Source: an uncultured delta proteobacterium
GTDB taxonomy: Bacteria; Myxococcota; Myxococcia; Myxococcales; Anaeromyxobacteraceae
Length of the DNA: 64,000 bases
NCBI GenBank assembly: GCA_963766715.1
Contig: CAVYBH010000008.1
Span: 512,001-576,000, forward strand
Direction of reading: 5' to 3'
The notes below the pieces were generated by a model, which worked only from the letters and a program-made list of their open reading frames with translations, ran no database searches and was not told the DNA's origin. Shown here one piece after another: positions 61,869 to 64,000 of the stretch. Numbering within the stretch: the stretch's first letter is position 1; every line of letters begins with the position of its first letter. The position numbers and the translations under genes were made by a program.

Positions 61869-63085
61869 GCCGTGCCGCCCTCGCGCTGGCTGCGCTCCTC
61901 CTCTCGGCCGCCTGCACCGCGAGGACGCCGGAGGCGGCTCCGTCCGACGGAGGCCATCACGGCCGACCCTCGCCGGAGCGGGCCGGAACCCAGCTCGACC
62001 AGGTGCGGGCGCCCCCCGGTCCCTGCCTGCCGGGGCGAGCCGACGCGGCGCCGCGCGAGCTCGTGGCCGCCGCCGCCCACGCCCGGGAGGCGGGCGCTCC
62101 GGAGCGGGCGCTGGCCTGCGCCGACGAGGCGCTCGAGCTCGCCCCGCGCGACCGGGCTCCCCTGCTGGAACGGGCCCAGGCCCTCGCCGACCTCGATCGC
62201 GAGCCGGACGCCCGCGCCGCGCTGGCCCGCGCGCTGGCCGCCGACCCGGACGACCCGCGGACCCTGCTCGTGGCGGCCGACCTGCACGTGACCCGGTTCG
62301 GCGACCGCGACTCGCTCGAGGCCGGGCGCGACCTCGCCCTTCGCGGCGCGGCCCGCGCCCTCTCCGGCCCCGGCGCCGAGCCCTCGCTCGCCCCGCGCCT
62401 GCTCGTGCTGGCCGGCATGGCGGAGAACGACCTGGGGCGGAGCCGCGAGGCCCTCGACCACGTCGAGCGCGCGCTGGCCGTCGATCCGCGGGACACCGAC
62501 GCGCTCTACGAGCGGGGCGTGGCCCTCTTCGAGCTGTGCCGCTTCGCCTCGGCCCGCCGGGCCTTCGAGCGGGTCCTGCGCCACGCGCCGCGCGACGCCT
62601 GGTCGCTCCACCACCTGGGGCTCATCGCCGAGCGCGCCGGGGAGGACCGGCGATCCCGGGAGCTCCTGGGCCGCGCCGCCCGGCTGGCGCCCCGGGAGTT
62701 CCGCCCCCCGGTGGAGATGGGCCTGCCCGCCTTCGAGGCGGAGCTGAAGCGCGCCATCGCCGAGCTTCCGGCGCCGGAGCGGGAGGCGCTCGCCGGCGTG
62801 CCGGTGGAGGTGGAGGAGATCCCGGCGCTGGCCGACCTGACGGCGGTCGAGCCGCCGCTCTCGCCGTCCATCCTCGGCCTCTTCCGGGGGCCGTCGCTCT
62901 CCGAGCCCTGCGGGCCCTCGGAGGGACCCCGGTGCCGCTCCATCGTCCTCTACCGGCGCAACCTCCTGCGCTTCGCCCGCGACCGGGAGCAGCTCGTCGA
63001 GCAGGTCCGGGTCACGCTCCTCCACGAGCTGGGGCACCTTCACGGAGAGAGCGACGAGGCCCTGCGGGGGCGCGGCCTGGAGTGA
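61865..63085 (+). CDS. Lipoprotein with TPR repeats and a C-terminal zincin-like metallopeptidase domain
   Basis: Lipobox LLLSAAC; TPR helices; ILGLF.G, IVLYRRN, VTLLHELGH. Confidence 0.8.
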   Translation: MSRAALALAALLLSAACTARTPEAAPSDGGHHGRPSPERAGTQLDQVRAPPGPCLPGRADAAPRELVAAAAHAREAGAPERALACADEALELAPRDRAPLLERAQALADLDREPDARAALARALAADPDDPRTLLVAADLHVTRFGDRDSLEAGRDLALRGAARALSGPGAEPSLAPRLLVLAGMAENDLGRSREALDHVERALAVDPRDTDALYERGVALFELCRFASARRAFERVLRHAPRDAWSLHHLGLIAERAGEDRRSRELLGRAARLAPREFRPPVEMGLPAFEAELKRAIAELPAPEREALAGVPVEVEEIPALADLTAVEPPLSPSILGLFRGPSLSEPCGPSEGPRCRSIVLYRRNLLRFARDREQLVEQVRVTLLHELGHLHGESDEALRGRGLE

Positions 63086-63151
63086 GCCGGGCGGGAGCCC
63101 GCCGCACGAGATCGTTGAAGGTCCGGGCCCCACGTGCTAATCGGCACGTCC

Positions 63152-63385
63152 ATGTGGGACACCAACCTGTGGGCTCCCTGGGGGCTCATCCACACCATGC
63201 GCGACGGCTCGCCGATGCTGACCGAGACCAGCCTGTGGTTCCTCGTCCAGCGCCATCCGGATTCGGTGGAGACCGACGGCGACGGCTACTGGATCTACCT
63301 CGACCAGCCGTACCGGGCCGATCGGGTCGCCGACCGGGCCTTCTACCGGCTCGTGCCGTCCCCGTCGCGCAAGCGCGGCAACTGA
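63152..63385 (+). CDS. Small hypothetical protein
   Basis: GC3-biased ORF filling the intergenic gap; TTGAAG-17-TAATCG promoter 8 nt before the ATG. Confidence 0.55.
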   Translation: MWDTNLWAPWGLIHTMRDGSPMLTETSLWFLVQRHPDSVETDGDGYWIYLDQPYRADRVADRAFYRLVPSPSRKRGN

Positions 63386-63404
63386 GACCCGCCCCGCCGG
63401 CGCC

Positions 63405-64000
63405 CTAGCGTCCGGCGAGGTCCTGGTAGAGCGCCTCGTAGCGCTCCGCGCTGCGCCCCCACGAGAAGTCCATGGCCATGCCGCGCTCCTGGATGCCCCG
63501 CCAGGCACGGACGTCGCGCCACGTCTCGAGCGCCCGCCGCGTCGCGACCACCAGCGCCGCGGGGTCGAGCGGCCCGAAGAGGAACCCGGTGCCGGTCTTC
63601 CAGCCGTCGTAGTCCTCGACGGTGTCGACGAGCCCGCCCACCGCGCGGGCCACCGGCGGCGTCCCGTAGCGCAGGCTGTACATCTGGTTCAGCCCGCAGG
63701 GCTCGAAGCGGCTGGGCATGAGGAACACGTCGGCGCCGGCCTCGATGCGGTGGGCCACGCCCTCGTCGAACCCGATGCGCGCGGCGAAGCGGTCGGGGCG
63801 CTCCCGCGCCAGCCAGGAGAAGAAGTCCTGGTACTCGCGCTGGCCGCTGCCGAGCAGCGCGAACTGGGCGTCGGCCCGGAGCAAGGCCGGCATCGCGCCG
63901 GCCAGCAGGTCCACGCCCTTCTGGTCGGCCAGCCGCCCCACCAGCCCGACCAGCGGGACGTGCGCCTTCACCGGGAGTCCTAGCTCGGCCTGGAGCGCGG
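63405..64000 (-). CDS. glgA: Glycogen synthase, C-terminal part (runs off the window)
   Basis: RL..QKG, MPSRFEPCGLNQMYSLRYGT, GGLVDTV, DFSW. Confidence 0.93.
   Translation of the reverse strand, partial: ALQAELGLPVKAHVPLVGLVGRLADQKGVDLLAGAMPALLRADAQFALLGSGQREYQDFFSWLARERPDRFAARIGFDEGVAHRIEAGADVFLMPSRFEPCGLNQMYSLRYGTPPVARAVGGLVDTVEDYDGWKTGTGFLFGPLDPAALVVATRRALETWRDVRAWRGIQERGMAMDFSWGRSAERYEALYQDLAGR

Overview
A very GC-rich bacterial window of mostly core genes. The gene set (Ser/Thr kinase-TPR protein, mannose-family PTS beside hprK/rapZ/metK, AroH-type aro operon) suggests an Anaeromyxobacter-like Myxococcota genome; this is an inference. Main blocks: RluA and OPT transporter; kinase; aroH-tyrA-aroA-aroE-aroC-aroK-aroB-aroQ-GT2 operon; Liv-type ABC/acyl-CoA ligase module; HIT/dtd/astA; argC-VOC-argB; transglutaminase-like, DedA and two GT-C glycosyltransferases; NFACT(RqcH)-SprT; ROK-PMM-manC-nudix-uppP-metK-PTS-rapZ-hprK; DHH phosphoesterase with a receiver protein; dinB; TetR-thiO; partial glgA. 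About 20 genes, including housekeeping ones, carry single-base indels. These are most likely long-read or assembly errors, and they create several false fusions in the ORF track. I saw no tRNA, rRNA, transposase, integrase or true CRISPR array. Best leads: (1) a stand-alone sigma70 domain-4 homologue whose -35 recognition residues are replaced; (2) a GT2 resembling the eukaryotic queuosine-tRNA galactosyltransferase; (3) an unannotated 25-aa Lys/Ala microprotein with its own promoter, directly upstream of RqcH and a SprT-like protease; (4) an intergenic element of two palindromes flanking a 9-bp periodic array; (5) two similar tandem transmembrane micropeptides before the kinase; (6) many apparently leaderless genes. 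Family assignments come from motif recognition, not database searches.
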